Source: Salinispira sp.
Lineage (GTDB): Bacteria; Spirochaetota; Spirochaetia; DSM-27196; Salinispiraceae
Length of the DNA stretch: 64,000 nucleotides
Assembly: GCA_965226555.1 (NCBI GenBank)
Contig: CBDDDG010000022.1
Span: 1 to 64,000 of the forward strand
Reading direction: 5' to 3'
Both the position numbers and the translations under genes were made by a program. This document shows positions 1-9,624 of the stretch, one piece after another (the first letter of the stretch is position 1; every line of letters begins with the position of its first letter). The notes under the pieces are model-generated. The model worked only from the letters and a program-made list of their open reading frames with translations, did not search any database and had not been told where the DNA came from.

Positions 1-770
1 AGTTCCTGAGAGATTTCGATCCATTTCTGATAGTAGGGCGATGTCAGCCTGCAGTCTTCCATTGCCTTCCGGCTGGAAACTGCTTTTTGCCCTGTACTCA
101 CAGTAATGATGATGCATCGAAGTTCAGGCCAATAATGCCTGTCGTGAATTGCGCCGGCATGTTCTGCGTTCCGGGGAAAGCTGACAAAACCGCCGTAGAC
201 TGACCGGCTCGCCGACCCCGATCCGATGCGCGCCAAAGCGCTTATGCCGCTCTGTTCCAGGTTGAGTTTCAGCGCGGTATTTACGGCGCCCGCAAGAGCC
301 GCAAAGCCGCTGGCGGAGCTTGCAAACCCGGCTGCCGCCGGAAAGGTATTGCTGCTTTGTATTTCCAGGTGAACCCCGGGCGGGGAGGAATGCCGGGCAG
401 CCCTATCATGAACAGCCGCTTCAAGAACCGCCCTGAAGAAGGCGCTGAAACGTTCCGGCGGCTGGGGGCGGCCGTCTATCGCAATTCTCCAGCTCAGACA
501 TCCGCCATGATCATCCGCAACTGCGCCGACAGAACCGCCACCGCCAACTGCGCCGACAGAACCCGCAGATCCGACTGCTCCAGAGCCGACTGCGCCGCCA
601 GAACCCGCAGCTCCGGCGATAGCGGGAGAAGAACAGCTGACGGTTGTGGTGCTTGTGAGCGCTTCCAGACTTATGCCGATGCTTCCGGTCGCAGGACGAT
701 TGTGCTCGGGGTCGCTTTTTCCCCAGTATTTTATGAGGGCCAGATTCGGATGCGAACAGGCAGTAATCAT
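1..770 (-). CDS. mvaD: Diphosphomevalonate decarboxylase (runs off the window start)
   Basis: Manual translation from ATG at 770: MITACSHPNLALIKYWGK...NTFPAAAGFASSASGFAA...RIGSGSASRSVYGG (GHMP/MVD motifs). Directly downstream of the HMGR fusion. Contains a Gly/Ala/Ser-rich insert at about 520-620. Confidence 0.93.
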   Translation of the reverse strand, partial: MITACSHPNLALIKYWGKSDPEHNRPATGSIGISLEALTSTTTVSCSSPAIAGAAGSGGAVGSGAVGSAGSVGAVGGGGSVGAVADDHGGCLSWRIAIDGRPQPPERFSAFFRAVLEAAVHDRAARHSSPPGVHLEIQSSNTFPAAAGFASSASGFAALAGAVNTALKLNLEQSGISALARIGSGSASRSVYGGFVSFPRNAEHAGAIHDRHYWPELRCIIITVSTGQKAVSSRKAMEDCRLTSPYYQKWIEISQE

Positions 771-771
771 C

Positions 772-3294
772 TTACGATCGCCCCGCATCGCCGTGCCCCG
801 CATCATCATGTCCCGCGTCGCCGCGCCCCGCGTCATTGCCGGCATCATCTCCCGCATCGCCGCGCCCATCATAATTATATATGAGACGCTGCTTGTGGAG
901 TTTCATATGTCCCTGTTGTATACCCTCTCCTGCGAGGGCCATAAGAGCCGCAAAATTCTGGGCTAATCCGAGCGCGGCGGCATAGCGGGCAAGCGCGCGT
1001 GCGTCCGGATTATCCATTATTGTCAGGGAAAGCTGCGCTACCGGATGACAGGATACTGCGCCGCCGACAGTTGCCAGCGCGAGAGGCAGTTCGAGAGAGC
1101 CCCGCAGAGTATCTGCTTCAATGCGCCATGAGCTCAGGCTGCGGTATGTTCCGCTCCGCGCAGCCCAGGCATGCGCCGAGGCCTCAACTGCTCGGGTATC
1201 GTTGCCGCTTGCCAGAGCAAGACCTGTTATACCGTTCATAATTCCCTTGTTGTGAGTTACTGCCCGTGAGGGATCCTCGTTGGCAATTCGGCAGATTCTG
1301 ACAATTCTTTCACCGAGTTCCCGACCCGTATATCCGCCCCGGTGAAGGGCAGAAAGGGGAATTGTGATCGATGCGGATGCCCTGCGTTCTTCTGCTTGGT
1401 TGCTCAGAATTGCCATAAGCTTTTTGCCGCCGGTAATTTCCTCAAGCAGGGGGCTGACCGCCTCAGCAGCGGTATTGAGAATGTTTGCCCCCATTGCGTC
1501 ACAAACATCAACAATGAGAGTAACACGCAGACTTTGCGAATCGCTGAGCCATGCGCTGCGCATACCTCGGTACCCGCCGCCGCGCGATTCCATGCCTGTG
1601 AGAATGTCTGCCAATACATGGTGAATATCATGCTCCCGATGTTTTATGCGGGAGCGGATTTCCCTGATAATTTCAGGTTCCGCGCCATGCGCGCCAGCAG
1701 CGCCATGCGCGCCGGTATCGTCATGCTGATTTTTCATATCCTGATGATTCCCGGGCTGCTGTTCGAGTGTTTCATCGAGTGAAAGATACACGCTTGCCTT
1801 CATTATTGATTCAGTACTTGATGTTTCACACCCGCCATGATGGGCAATGAGTCTCATTGCGTAGTTAGCGGCTGCGAGAACCGAGGGCTCTTCTCCTGCC
1901 ATTGGAAGATTGCGATGTTCGCCGTCAATGAGGCAATTCTGTACGAGACCCAGAGGAATCGGCATGAAACCAATTGCCGACTCAACCATTGCATCGGCCA
2001 GGTCAAGAAGATGATGCCTGTGTCCGCTTGCTGCCAATTCCCCTGCCTTCTCACCGGAGGCAAAAAGCGGATCAGCCGCCATACGCTCCCGGCGCTGGTG
2101 AATGGAATGTTTGCGGAATGCGCGATTTCTGAGTGAGGAACCGGCTGCCTGTCCGCTATTATTTCTTTGGGTCAGTCTTCTGCCGGCTTCATACGCTGCC
2201 CTCTCAAGTTCTCGGAGTCGGTAATTGAATTGTTCACTGAAGAGGAGGGGGGCATGCTGAAGAGCGGGTATATCCGGCGAAGAACTCAGCAGCATATGCC
2301 GGCGGAAATTGAGCTTTAATTTCTGAATGTATTGTATGCAGCCCTCGAGCCCTGTTTTTCGCGCCAGACGAATGAAGGGGAGGGCAGAGGCGGCAATGTC
2401 CGCTCCGAGAGCAATGGCCTTGCTGAAATCGGCAGCATCGCGGAGGCCGCCCGAGGCAATAATTCCACCATCCTCAGGAATGAACTTTCTGCAGCGGGAA
2501 ACGATGGCTGAAAGAGCCAGAGCGCTTGGAATACCCCAATGCTGAAAATCACCTGAAGAAAGATCATCCTGCTGTCCTCTCATTGCCTCAACCGCGATCC
2601 AGTTCGTTCCTCCGGAGCCTGCGACATCAACATACTTTACTCCCGCGCGAAACAGCTGCTCTGCTTCCCAGGGGGTAATACCGGCTCCGGTCTCCTTTAC
2701 AATGATGGGGAGCCTGCTTATATCGCAGAGCCGTCCGATAAGTTCAAGCAGCCCGGAAAAATTCCTGTCGCCATTCTGCTGGAAAATTTCCTGCCCCGGA
2801 TTAAGGTGGACGGCAAGAGCATCGAGTTCCAGATCATCCAGTATATTGAGGAACTGTTTCAGCGCGGCGGCATTGTTGTCGAAAAATTCAGGAAGCTGCA
2901 CCGCTCCAAGGTTTCCGACCACCGGAACGCTGGGGGCAAGTTTCTTTAAGTGGAAATGTTCCATGACCTCCGGCTTTCGCATGAGAATTCGCAGACTTCC
3001 GGTGCCGACAGCCAAGCCCTCACGTTCCGCAGCCATGGCCAGCAGTTTATTTACTGTATACCCCTCTGCCGATCCTCCGGTCATACAGGAGATCATAAAT
3101 GGGGCGCGAAGTTCATAAGCGAGAAATGATGTTGATGTTGAGATTGTATTATAGTCAATTTCAGGAAGACTGTGATGCAGAAAGGAAACGTGTTCAAGAT
3201 ATGTTGATGCACCCTCAACCGGAAGCGCCTCATCGCAGCATATATTGATATGATCGTTCTTCCGTTGTACGAGGTCGTCTGTATTCCTAGCCAT
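772..3294 (-). CDS. fni-mvaA: Fusion of type 2 IPP isomerase (Fni, N-terminal) and class II HMG-CoA reductase (MvaA, C-terminal)
   Basis: IDI-2 motifs RKNDHI, MTGG, VHLNPGQE, KETGAG, DVAGSGGT, IASGGLR, followed by HMGR motifs EEPSVLAAA, DAMGAN, THNKG, GNDTRA, GHMKLH in one 840-aa frame. Confidence 0.9.
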   Translation of the reverse strand: MARNTDDLVQRKNDHINICCDEALPVEGASTYLEHVSFLHHSLPEIDYNTISTSTSFLAYELRAPFMISCMTGGSAEGYTVNKLLAMAAEREGLAVGTGSLRILMRKPEVMEHFHLKKLAPSVPVVGNLGAVQLPEFFDNNAAALKQFLNILDDLELDALAVHLNPGQEIFQQNGDRNFSGLLELIGRLCDISRLPIIVKETGAGITPWEAEQLFRAGVKYVDVAGSGGTNWIAVEAMRGQQDDLSSGDFQHWGIPSALALSAIVSRCRKFIPEDGGIIASGGLRDAADFSKAIALGADIAASALPFIRLARKTGLEGCIQYIQKLKLNFRRHMLLSSSPDIPALQHAPLLFSEQFNYRLRELERAAYEAGRRLTQRNNSGQAAGSSLRNRAFRKHSIHQRRERMAADPLFASGEKAGELAASGHRHHLLDLADAMVESAIGFMPIPLGLVQNCLIDGEHRNLPMAGEEPSVLAAANYAMRLIAHHGGCETSSTESIMKASVYLSLDETLEQQPGNHQDMKNQHDDTGAHGAAGAHGAEPEIIREIRSRIKHREHDIHHVLADILTGMESRGGGYRGMRSAWLSDSQSLRVTLIVDVCDAMGANILNTAAEAVSPLLEEITGGKKLMAILSNQAEERRASASITIPLSALHRGGYTGRELGERIVRICRIANEDPSRAVTHNKGIMNGITGLALASGNDTRAVEASAHAWAARSGTYRSLSSWRIEADTLRGSLELPLALATVGGAVSCHPVAQLSLTIMDNPDARALARYAAALGLAQNFAALMALAGEGIQQGHMKLHKQRLIYNYDGRGDAGDDAGNDAGRGDAGHDDAGHGDAGRS

Positions 3295-3296
3295 TT

Positions 3297-4580
3297 CTAT
3301 TCCCGGTAGCTGTATTGACGATAGCCGTCTTCCCGAGTTCCATCAAAAACAAAGATTCCGCGGGGATGCTCGCCCATGCGTCCGTTGCTCGCTGCGGGGC
3401 TGGTCGCGGGGGTTTCGGAAATGTTCATCCAGCGCTCATACTCATCAAGATCGACCTGACGGTCATGGTTGAGTTGGGCGGGGATGTTCCAACGTTCAAG
3501 CTGCGCGGGGGCATGGCGGGATACCCGCGCGGAAATAACAAGCATGATATTGCCGCTGCCATAGCTTGTGATGAGTATTTTTTTTCCGATAATATCGTTT
3601 CCAAACATCGCATAGTTCTCACTGAGCTGGGCAGCCATATTCAAATAGAGGGCGCCCGTGTAGATATTGCCGACAAGAGCCGTTGCCTCCAGCGATTTAT
3701 AAAAGCCGCGGCTTTCGAGAAGAATATCGGCCTCCGGATCGTCCATATGAAGATGCTTTTTCAGTAAACGCTTGAGAGCGCTTACTGCCATTTTGGCAAA
3801 GGGAACATGAAAGACGAACATATCGGTCTCGCCGATAATGTCCGATACCGATTTTCCGCATCGTGATGAATGATCATTAAGCGCCTCATCGAGCGCCTTG
3901 TGATAACACTGTACCGAATACCGGCCCTTGACCCGGGCCGTTGTACTGCCGAGGGGACGGAAAAAATCATCCACATCCGATGAGGAGTAGCCCTGAGTTT
4001 CCAGATCAAGTTCGACCAGTTGCGGATTATGTTCAATGAGGAGGCTTGCCGAACCTGCCCCCTGGGTAATTTCAGCTGTCGATTGGGCATTGTAACGGGC
4101 AATGTCGGAACATATAACAATGCCGGTTTCATTTTTTCGGGGAGCCGCCTTCAGCATGGATGCTATGGAAAGCATTGCGAGGGTTCCCCCCGCGCAGGCA
4201 TGTTGAACCTGAAAATTTGCCAGAGCTGGGGGAAGGGAATATCCTGCCCGCTGAAGCATTCCGCAGACATACGCTGAAACCGGCTTGCTCATGTCCACTG
4301 CTGTTTCGGTTCCCACTGCCAGATATCTCAGGCTTGAAATGTCGTAGTTTTTGTTTGTATCGATGAGGCGTTTTGCCGAGTTTGCCGCAATGCTTGCGTT
4401 ATCTTCAAAGGCATCTGGAAAACGGATGGACTTTTGTCCGGTGGAATTGACGGCCTGCCGCAGGCGATCTCCAAAAATCGGATCTTCATGGGTTCTGGCT
4501 TTCAGAATCGTTTCAAGAGGAATTCTGGGTCTTGGAACATAGAGCGCAATATCACTTATACCAATTGTATGATCAGTCAT
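3297..4580 (-). CDS. mvaS: HMG-CoA synthase
   Basis: GTETAVDMSK, QHACAGGT (catalytic Cys), SDIARY, EITQGAG, FHVPF, GNIYTG and SYGSG motifs; mevalonate operon context. Confidence 0.95.
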   Translation of the reverse strand: MTDHTIGISDIALYVPRPRIPLETILKARTHEDPIFGDRLRQAVNSTGQKSIRFPDAFEDNASIAANSAKRLIDTNKNYDISSLRYLAVGTETAVDMSKPVSAYVCGMLQRAGYSLPPALANFQVQHACAGGTLAMLSIASMLKAAPRKNETGIVICSDIARYNAQSTAEITQGAGSASLLIEHNPQLVELDLETQGYSSSDVDDFFRPLGSTTARVKGRYSVQCYHKALDEALNDHSSRCGKSVSDIIGETDMFVFHVPFAKMAVSALKRLLKKHLHMDDPEADILLESRGFYKSLEATALVGNIYTGALYLNMAAQLSENYAMFGNDIIGKKILITSYGSGNIMLVISARVSRHAPAQLERWNIPAQLNHDRQVDLDEYERWMNISETPATSPAASNGRMGEHPRGIFVFDGTREDGYRQYSYRE

Positions 4581-4589
4581 GTAGCCTCT

Positions 4590-4612
4590 TTATATCACAA
4601 ATTGTGATATAA
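4590..4612. promoter_or_regulatory. Perfect 11-bp inverted repeat between divergent mvaS and lysC (possible operator)
   Basis: TTATATCACAA-A-TTGTGATATAA, followed by GTGATA-N11-TATCAC. Confidence 0.4.
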
Positions 4613-4728
4613 CGTGATAATTCTTAATAATATCACATAAGCAGGGATAATGAAAAGGGGGAAAAGCGATAATGATGGAAAATGAGCAAAACTTTCTCAT
4701 AGTCAATTTTTCTGATATAGTAAGCTAT

Positions 4729-6198
4729 ATGAAGGTTATGAAATTTGGCGGGAGTTCTGTCTGCGATGCCGCGCACATACGAAGGGCTGTGAGCATATTT
4801 AGTGAGGCGGGAGATGTCCGGGCAGTAATTTGTTCTGCAATGAAGGGAGTAACTGATGCACTTCTCCGGGCAGCGAAGCAGGCCGGATCGGGTAATGAGT
4901 CATATCAGACTACCCTGAGAGAAATTTGGCAGAAACATGAAACTGCGGCCGCGGAATTATACAGCGCGGTGCCGGCGAAATCAACAGAATCGGCGAAATC
5001 AACAGAATCCAACGCGATGCTGAAAGAGATAATTGCAATTCTCAGGAATGAATTCACCGAACTTGAAGAAATGTGCCGCGGGGTGTTCATGCTGAAAGAA
5101 TGCAGCACAAAGAGCCTGGATTTTATTATGGGATTCGGCGAGCGTTTGAATAATCGGCTTATAGCTGCGTGGTCGCTCTGTTCAGGCAGCAAAACCTTCT
5201 ATGTTGATGCGCGGGAGCTTGTTATTGTTGACCGGAAAAATGTCGATTTTTCTGAGACCTTTCGCCGTATACGGGAATGTTTCGCCTCCAGAGAGGGTAT
5301 TGGTATTGTAACCGGATACATTGCCTCAGACCGGTCGGGTACTGCCGCTACTCTGGGACGCAACGGGAGCGATTACAGCGTATCGCTCTTTGGCGCTGCC
5401 CTTGCTGCGGAATGTGTTGAGATTTGGACTGATGTTGATGGGGTACTCGAAGCCGACCCATCAATAGTTCCGCAGGCAGCCGTTATACGCGAACTGAGTA
5501 TTGATGAGGCCATGGAACTGAGTTATTTTGGAGCTGAGGTACTTCATCCATCGACAATGATCCCTGCAATACAGCATGATATTCCCATCTATATAAAAAA
5601 CACCCTGAATCCGGCGGCTCCGGGCACACGAATTGCATCCGATGCGCAGGCAAACCCCAATATTATTACCGGAATAGCAAGTATTTCCGGAGTGAGTTTG
5701 ATTAATATTGTCGGAAATGGAATGTCTGGCGTAAGCGGTATGGCCATGAAGATATTCACCGTATTTTCGCAGGAAGATGTGAACATTATCATGATAAGTC
5801 AGGCATCAAGTGAGCACAGTATCTGCATTGTTACCCGTTCGGAAGGCATCAGCCGGGTACTAAGGAAACTGCGGCATGAATTACGGTATGAGTTGGATGC
5901 GGGCATTATTCAGGACATTGTTGTTCAGGGCGAACTGGAAATTGTTTCGGTTATCGGCGCGAATATGTGCGGTCGGCCGGGGGTTGCCGGCAGGATCTTC
6001 AAAACGCTTGGCGATGAAGGAATAAATGTTCTTGCCATTGCGCAGGGATCATCTGAAATGAATATTTCCTTTGTCATCAGCGCTGCTGACCTCAGGGATT
6101 GTTTGCAGAGCCTTCATCGGGTCTTTTTCATTGATAAAAATGCCGATGGGAATGTCAGTGAAAATGCCGATAAAAATGCCGAGGGAACTCACCGGTGA
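4729..6198 (+). CDS. lysC: Aspartate kinase (ThrA-like kinase domain plus two ACT domains, no homoserine dehydrogenase domain)
   Basis: MKVMKFGGSSV, SAMKGVTD, TLGRNGSDYS, IWTDVDG, ELSYFGAEVLHP, QASSEHSI. Start moved to ATG 4729. Confidence 0.92.
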   Translation: MKVMKFGGSSVCDAAHIRRAVSIFSEAGDVRAVICSAMKGVTDALLRAAKQAGSGNESYQTTLREIWQKHETAAAELYSAVPAKSTESAKSTESNAMLKEIIAILRNEFTELEEMCRGVFMLKECSTKSLDFIMGFGERLNNRLIAAWSLCSGSKTFYVDARELVIVDRKNVDFSETFRRIRECFASREGIGIVTGYIASDRSGTAATLGRNGSDYSVSLFGAALAAECVEIWTDVDGVLEADPSIVPQAAVIRELSIDEAMELSYFGAEVLHPSTMIPAIQHDIPIYIKNTLNPAAPGTRIASDAQANPNIITGIASISGVSLINIVGNGMSGVSGMAMKIFTVFSQEDVNIIMISQASSEHSICIVTRSEGISRVLRKLRHELRYELDAGIIQDIVVQGELEIVSVIGANMCGRPGVAGRIFKTLGDEGINVLAIAQGSSEMNISFVISAADLRDCLQSLHRVFFIDKNADGNVSENADKNAEGTHR

Positions 6199-7658
6199 AA
6201 TTTGTATCGACCCATACCCGTGCGGGAACTTCTTCAGGCCGCGCCGACCATGAGGCAGTAACATTCAGGGAAGCGCTCTTCAAAGGCATTGCGGCAGACG
6301 GCGGTCTGTATCGGCCGCTTGAAATGCCCGATTTGCATAGTACGATACGCGGATTTACCCGAAATACTTCCTTTGCGCGCGTTGCTGCCGAGCTTACCAG
6401 AGCTCTGTTTCCATCAGAGATTGGAGCAGATGCCTTCGATCTGGCAAAGCAGTCATTTCCCTTCACGCCCCGCCTTGTTCCCTGGAGTGACAAAATATCA
6501 ATTCTGGAACTCTTTCACGGTTCGAGCCATGCCTTCAAGGATTTTGGAGCATCGTTTCTTGCTGCATGTATGGAATATTTTCTTGCAGGCAAAAGCGGGG
6601 CTGCGGGCGGTTGGCCGGCGGACAAAAGCGGGCACGCGGGTGGTTGGCCGGCGGGCAAAAGCCGGCACGCGGGTGGTTGGCCGGCGGACAAAAGCGGGCA
6701 CGCGGGTGGTTGGCCGGCGGGCAAAAGCCGGCGAGCGATAATACTTACTGCCACATCGGGCGATACCGGTTCGGCTGTTGCGCAGGCCTTTCACCAGCGG
6801 GAGCACATTGATGTTGTTATCCTCTATCCGAGCGGGAGAGTAAGCCCCAGTCAGGAAAAGCACATGACCACTATTGGCGACAACATCCATGCCCTTGAGG
6901 TTGAGGGAAATTTTGATGATTGTCAGCGTATGGTAAAGGAAGCATTTGCTGCTCCGGCATTGAAGCATCTTCCGCTTACGAGCGCGAACAGCATAAATGT
7001 CGGACGCCTTATTCCCCAGAGTTTTTATTATGTATATGCCTTTGCGCAGATACAGAAGGAGCTGAACACCCCCCTCTATTTTGCCGTTCCGAGCGGAAAT
7101 TTTGGCAACCTGACCGCCGGTATATACGCGTGGAAATGGGGGCTGCCGGTAAGGGGTTTCATTGCGGCGACTAACAAAAATGATGTTGTTCCGCAGTACC
7201 TTGAAACAGGACTTTTCTCTCCCCGCAGATCGCTCAGAACCTATGCGAATGCCATGGATGTTGGAAATCCGAGTAATTTTGAGCGTTTACTGGATGTTTT
7301 CCATTATAAGCAGGCGGATATACAGAAGATGATACGGGCCTATGCTGTCAACGATGATGAAATAGTGCGGGTAATGAAAGAAGCATGGGAAACCCGGGGA
7401 ATGTTCGTATGTCCGCATACGGCAACAGGTATAAAAAGCGCGGAACGTTTCAGTTTCAATACGACCGATTGTCATATTATTACCTTGGCAACGGCCCATC
7501 CTGCAAAATTCAATGAGGTCGTTCTGAAAGCCTGCGGTAAAACTGCCCCTGTTCCCGAAGGAATTGCCAAAAGCCTGAAGAAGAAAAAACAATCTGTCCG
7601 CATTGCTCATACACTTAACGCGCTCTCGGATTTTCTCCAGAATTTTGAGCGGAGTTAA
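6195..7658 (+). CDS. thrC: Threonine synthase with an internal 11-aa tandem repeat
   Basis: LELFHG..AFKDFG (PLP Lys), ATSGDTGSA, SANSINVGR, VPSGNFGN, ATAHPAKF. Confidence 0.94.
   Translation: MKFVSTHTRAGTSSGRADHEAVTFREALFKGIAADGGLYRPLEMPDLHSTIRGFTRNTSFARVAAELTRALFPSEIGADAFDLAKQSFPFTPRLVPWSDKISILELFHGSSHAFKDFGASFLAACMEYFLAGKSGAAGGWPADKSGHAGGWPAGKSRHAGGWPADKSGHAGGWPAGKSRRAIILTATSGDTGSAVAQAFHQREHIDVVILYPSGRVSPSQEKHMTTIGDNIHALEVEGNFDDCQRMVKEAFAAPALKHLPLTSANSINVGRLIPQSFYYVYAFAQIQKELNTPLYFAVPSGNFGNLTAGIYAWKWGLPVRGFIAATNKNDVVPQYLETGLFSPRRSLRTYANAMDVGNPSNFERLLDVFHYKQADIQKMIRAYAVNDDEIVRVMKEAWETRGMFVCPHTATGIKSAERFSFNTTDCHIITLATAHPAKFNEVVLKACGKTAPVPEGIAKSLKKKKQSVRIAHTLNALSDFLQNFERS
6588..6733 (+). repeat. 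33-bp tandem repeat, about 4.4 copies, in frame in thrC
   Basis: Unit caaaagc(g/c)ggcacgcgggtggttggccggcgg(a/g), encoding KS(G/R)HAGGWPA(D/G). Confidence 0.95.
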
Positions 7659-7708
7659 TGGTGATGGTGATTTTGATGGTGAGTGGAGTTAATGGTGATG
7701 GTGATTTT
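7651..7708. repeat. Intergenic direct duplication spanning the thrC stop codon
   Basis: ggagttaatggtgatggtgatttt occurs twice with a 34-bp period. Confidence 0.85.
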
Positions 7709-7716
7709 AAGCCGGA

Positions 7717-8835
7717 TTAATGTTTCTGTCCCATGCGGGGGGGCGTGTTTTCCGAAAGTGCGTGTAAATTCACGAGCGGGGCGGCATACAGATTAATGAG
7801 TGCCTGCCGCAGCTGCGGTGTTTGAGCATCGAGCCGTTCCTGAAACCAGGGGATTTTCTGTATGCTGTCTACGGTATTTTTGGTAAGAAGATCATATGCT
7901 GCCCTGTTTGAATCCCAGATTTTTGTTCCCTGAATTATTTTTTTATCCAGATTCCTCGCAAGCGCGCTTCGTTTTTTTGCCTGAATTCTTTCGGAAATAT
8001 GAATATGGATGCGTTTCTTTTTCTGGGTAAGTTCCTTTATTACCTGTTTACTGTCCAGATGGCTGTCGCTTTTATCAAGTTCACCAAGGTGATCCTGAGA
8101 AATGGTGGCGTCAAGGGGTATTTCTTCGTAGCTCACGCTTACCGGAATAATTGGTATTGTATTGCAGAATTCTTCCCAGTTTTTATCCCGATGCGCCAGC
8201 TTGATCATTGCAAGAACTGCGGAATCGGTTTTGTCGTTGCCGTCTTTTGCCCGTCCATTCCGTTGGGCGATCCATACATGCTTTCCCCGACTGAGGAGAT
8301 TTGCAATATACTGGGAAAGGTGTCCGGCTTCTTCCAGCTTAGTATCAATATCTTCATCATTGATCTTTCGCTTAACAATGAACCCTCCGTTTAATCGAAT
8401 GAGGTGCCCGAGCCAGGAGGGGGTAAGAAGATTATCTCCCACGGCATTGTATGCGGTTAGTCCGGCTTCTTCATAAAACAGAAAATTAAACAAAATTGGA
8501 TCAAGCGAGGTGCTGCGGTGAGACGATATAAAAATAGCCCCGGAAGATTTTCGCGGCGTCTTTACCAGAGATCTGAGAATTTCAGAACCGCTCCAGCTGA
8601 AATCGTCCATTGTTTTGTGAATAAGATAATTGACGAGCTGATAGATCATATTGCGGTACTGGGTCCAGGTTCTGAGATGTGAAAGATGCCCTGAAAGCCA
8701 TTTCTGGTTCTTATTCAGGCTATCCATTATCTGGATAAAGTACGGATCGGTTTGGAGTTGCCGCCAGTATTTCCTGAATAGTCTTTCCGGATATGCCCGA
8801 ATGTCGGTAAAATCATGAGTATCAGCAAGATTCAT
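7717..8835 (-). CDS. Glycerolipid acyltransferase (PlsC/PlsB-like)
   Basis: SSHRSTSLDP (HX4D), AVGDNLL, FIVKR, WIAQRNGRAKDGND. The predicted N-terminal extension comes from a palindromic repeat, so ATG 8835 is preferred. Confidence 0.85.
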   Translation of the reverse strand: MNLADTHDFTDIRAYPERLFRKYWRQLQTDPYFIQIMDSLNKNQKWLSGHLSHLRTWTQYRNMIYQLVNYLIHKTMDDFSWSGSEILRSLVKTPRKSSGAIFISSHRSTSLDPILFNFLFYEEAGLTAYNAVGDNLLTPSWLGHLIRLNGGFIVKRKINDEDIDTKLEEAGHLSQYIANLLSRGKHVWIAQRNGRAKDGNDKTDSAVLAMIKLAHRDKNWEEFCNTIPIIPVSVSYEEIPLDATISQDHLGELDKSDSHLDSKQVIKELTQKKKRIHIHISERIQAKKRSALARNLDKKIIQGTKIWDSNRAAYDLLTKNTVDSIQKIPWFQERLDAQTPQLRQALINLYAAPLVNLHALSENTPPRMGQKH

Positions 8836-8873
8836 ATTACAACCCAATAAAACATTAAAATTTTCTATATGCA

Positions 8874-8915
8874 AAAGTTTTGCATTGGAAAATTGCGCTT
8901 GCGCAATTTCCAGTA
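8874..8915. repeat. AT-rich palindromic element, long hairpin with truncated right arm
   Basis: aaagttttgcattggaaaattgcgc-tt-gcgcaatttccagta. Confidence 0.9.
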
Positions 8916-9148
8916 AATATACCATGGACTGAGGAGTGTATCAAGTACTTATTTGTGCTTGGCGGGAAATTGATGCGTTAGTACTTCCCAGTACCCGCGT
9001 GTTCCGCCGACTCTTTTTATGAGTCCATGTTCGCGCTGTTGCTTAATATTCTTCTCCACAGCCGTTATACTCATGTTCAGTATTTCTGCGAGCATGGCAG
9101 CGGAAATCTTCGGATTCTTTTTCATTTCAGTGAGAATGCGCGCTTTAA

Positions 9149-9316
9149 CATTACCCAACTCATTACCCAACTCATTACCCAACTCATTACCCAACTCATT
9201 ACCCAACTCATTACCCAACTCATTACCCAACTCATTACCCAACTCATTACCCAACTCATTACCCAACTCATTACCCAACTCATTACCCAACTCATTACCC
9301 AACTCATTACCCAACT
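9149..9316. repeat. 12-bp perfect tandem repeat x14 (encodes GNEL on the minus strand)
   Basis: (CATTACCCAACT)14. Confidence 0.98.
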
Positions 9317-9498
9317 CGACCGCCACACCGCCGGTTCTTTCGGTGATAATTGGATGAGGCAATTTGGCTTGTTTGCAGGCATCTGCGATTTTCTCAACCC
9401 CGCGCCCCCATGAGTCGATATAGCCCGCTTTATAGCACACTTCGGCAATGAGGGGATTTCTCGGAATGGATTCGTGAGTCTGAAAGAGTTTCTTAACA

Positions 9499-9624
9499 GA
9501 AAGTTTTGCAAAATGCAAAACTTTCTATAAAATAGGAGAATGCTAAGCACAAAGAAAGCATTCCAGATCGGAAACTTTTGCTACTGGAAATTGTGCTTGC
9601 ACAATTTTCCAATGCAAAAGTTTC
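9499..9624 (-). mobile_element. 126-bp three-hairpin MITE-like element flanked by a TTAACA duplication
   Basis: Near-identical to the reverse complement of 21847-21972. ttaaca at 9493-9498 and 9625-9630; removing 132 bp restores the reading frame. Confidence 0.88.

Noticed and set aside
357..2136. Plus-strand ORFs over the mevalonate genes, and similar antisense ORFs elsewhere
   Set aside because: Shadow frames of well-supported opposite-strand genes, with no recognisable motifs.
6588..6733. 33-bp repeats as a CRISPR
   Set aside because: Contiguous in-frame repeats without unique spacers.
9149..9316. 12-bp array as a CRISPR
   Set aside because: Perfect tandem units with no spacers, inside a coding frame; no cas genes.
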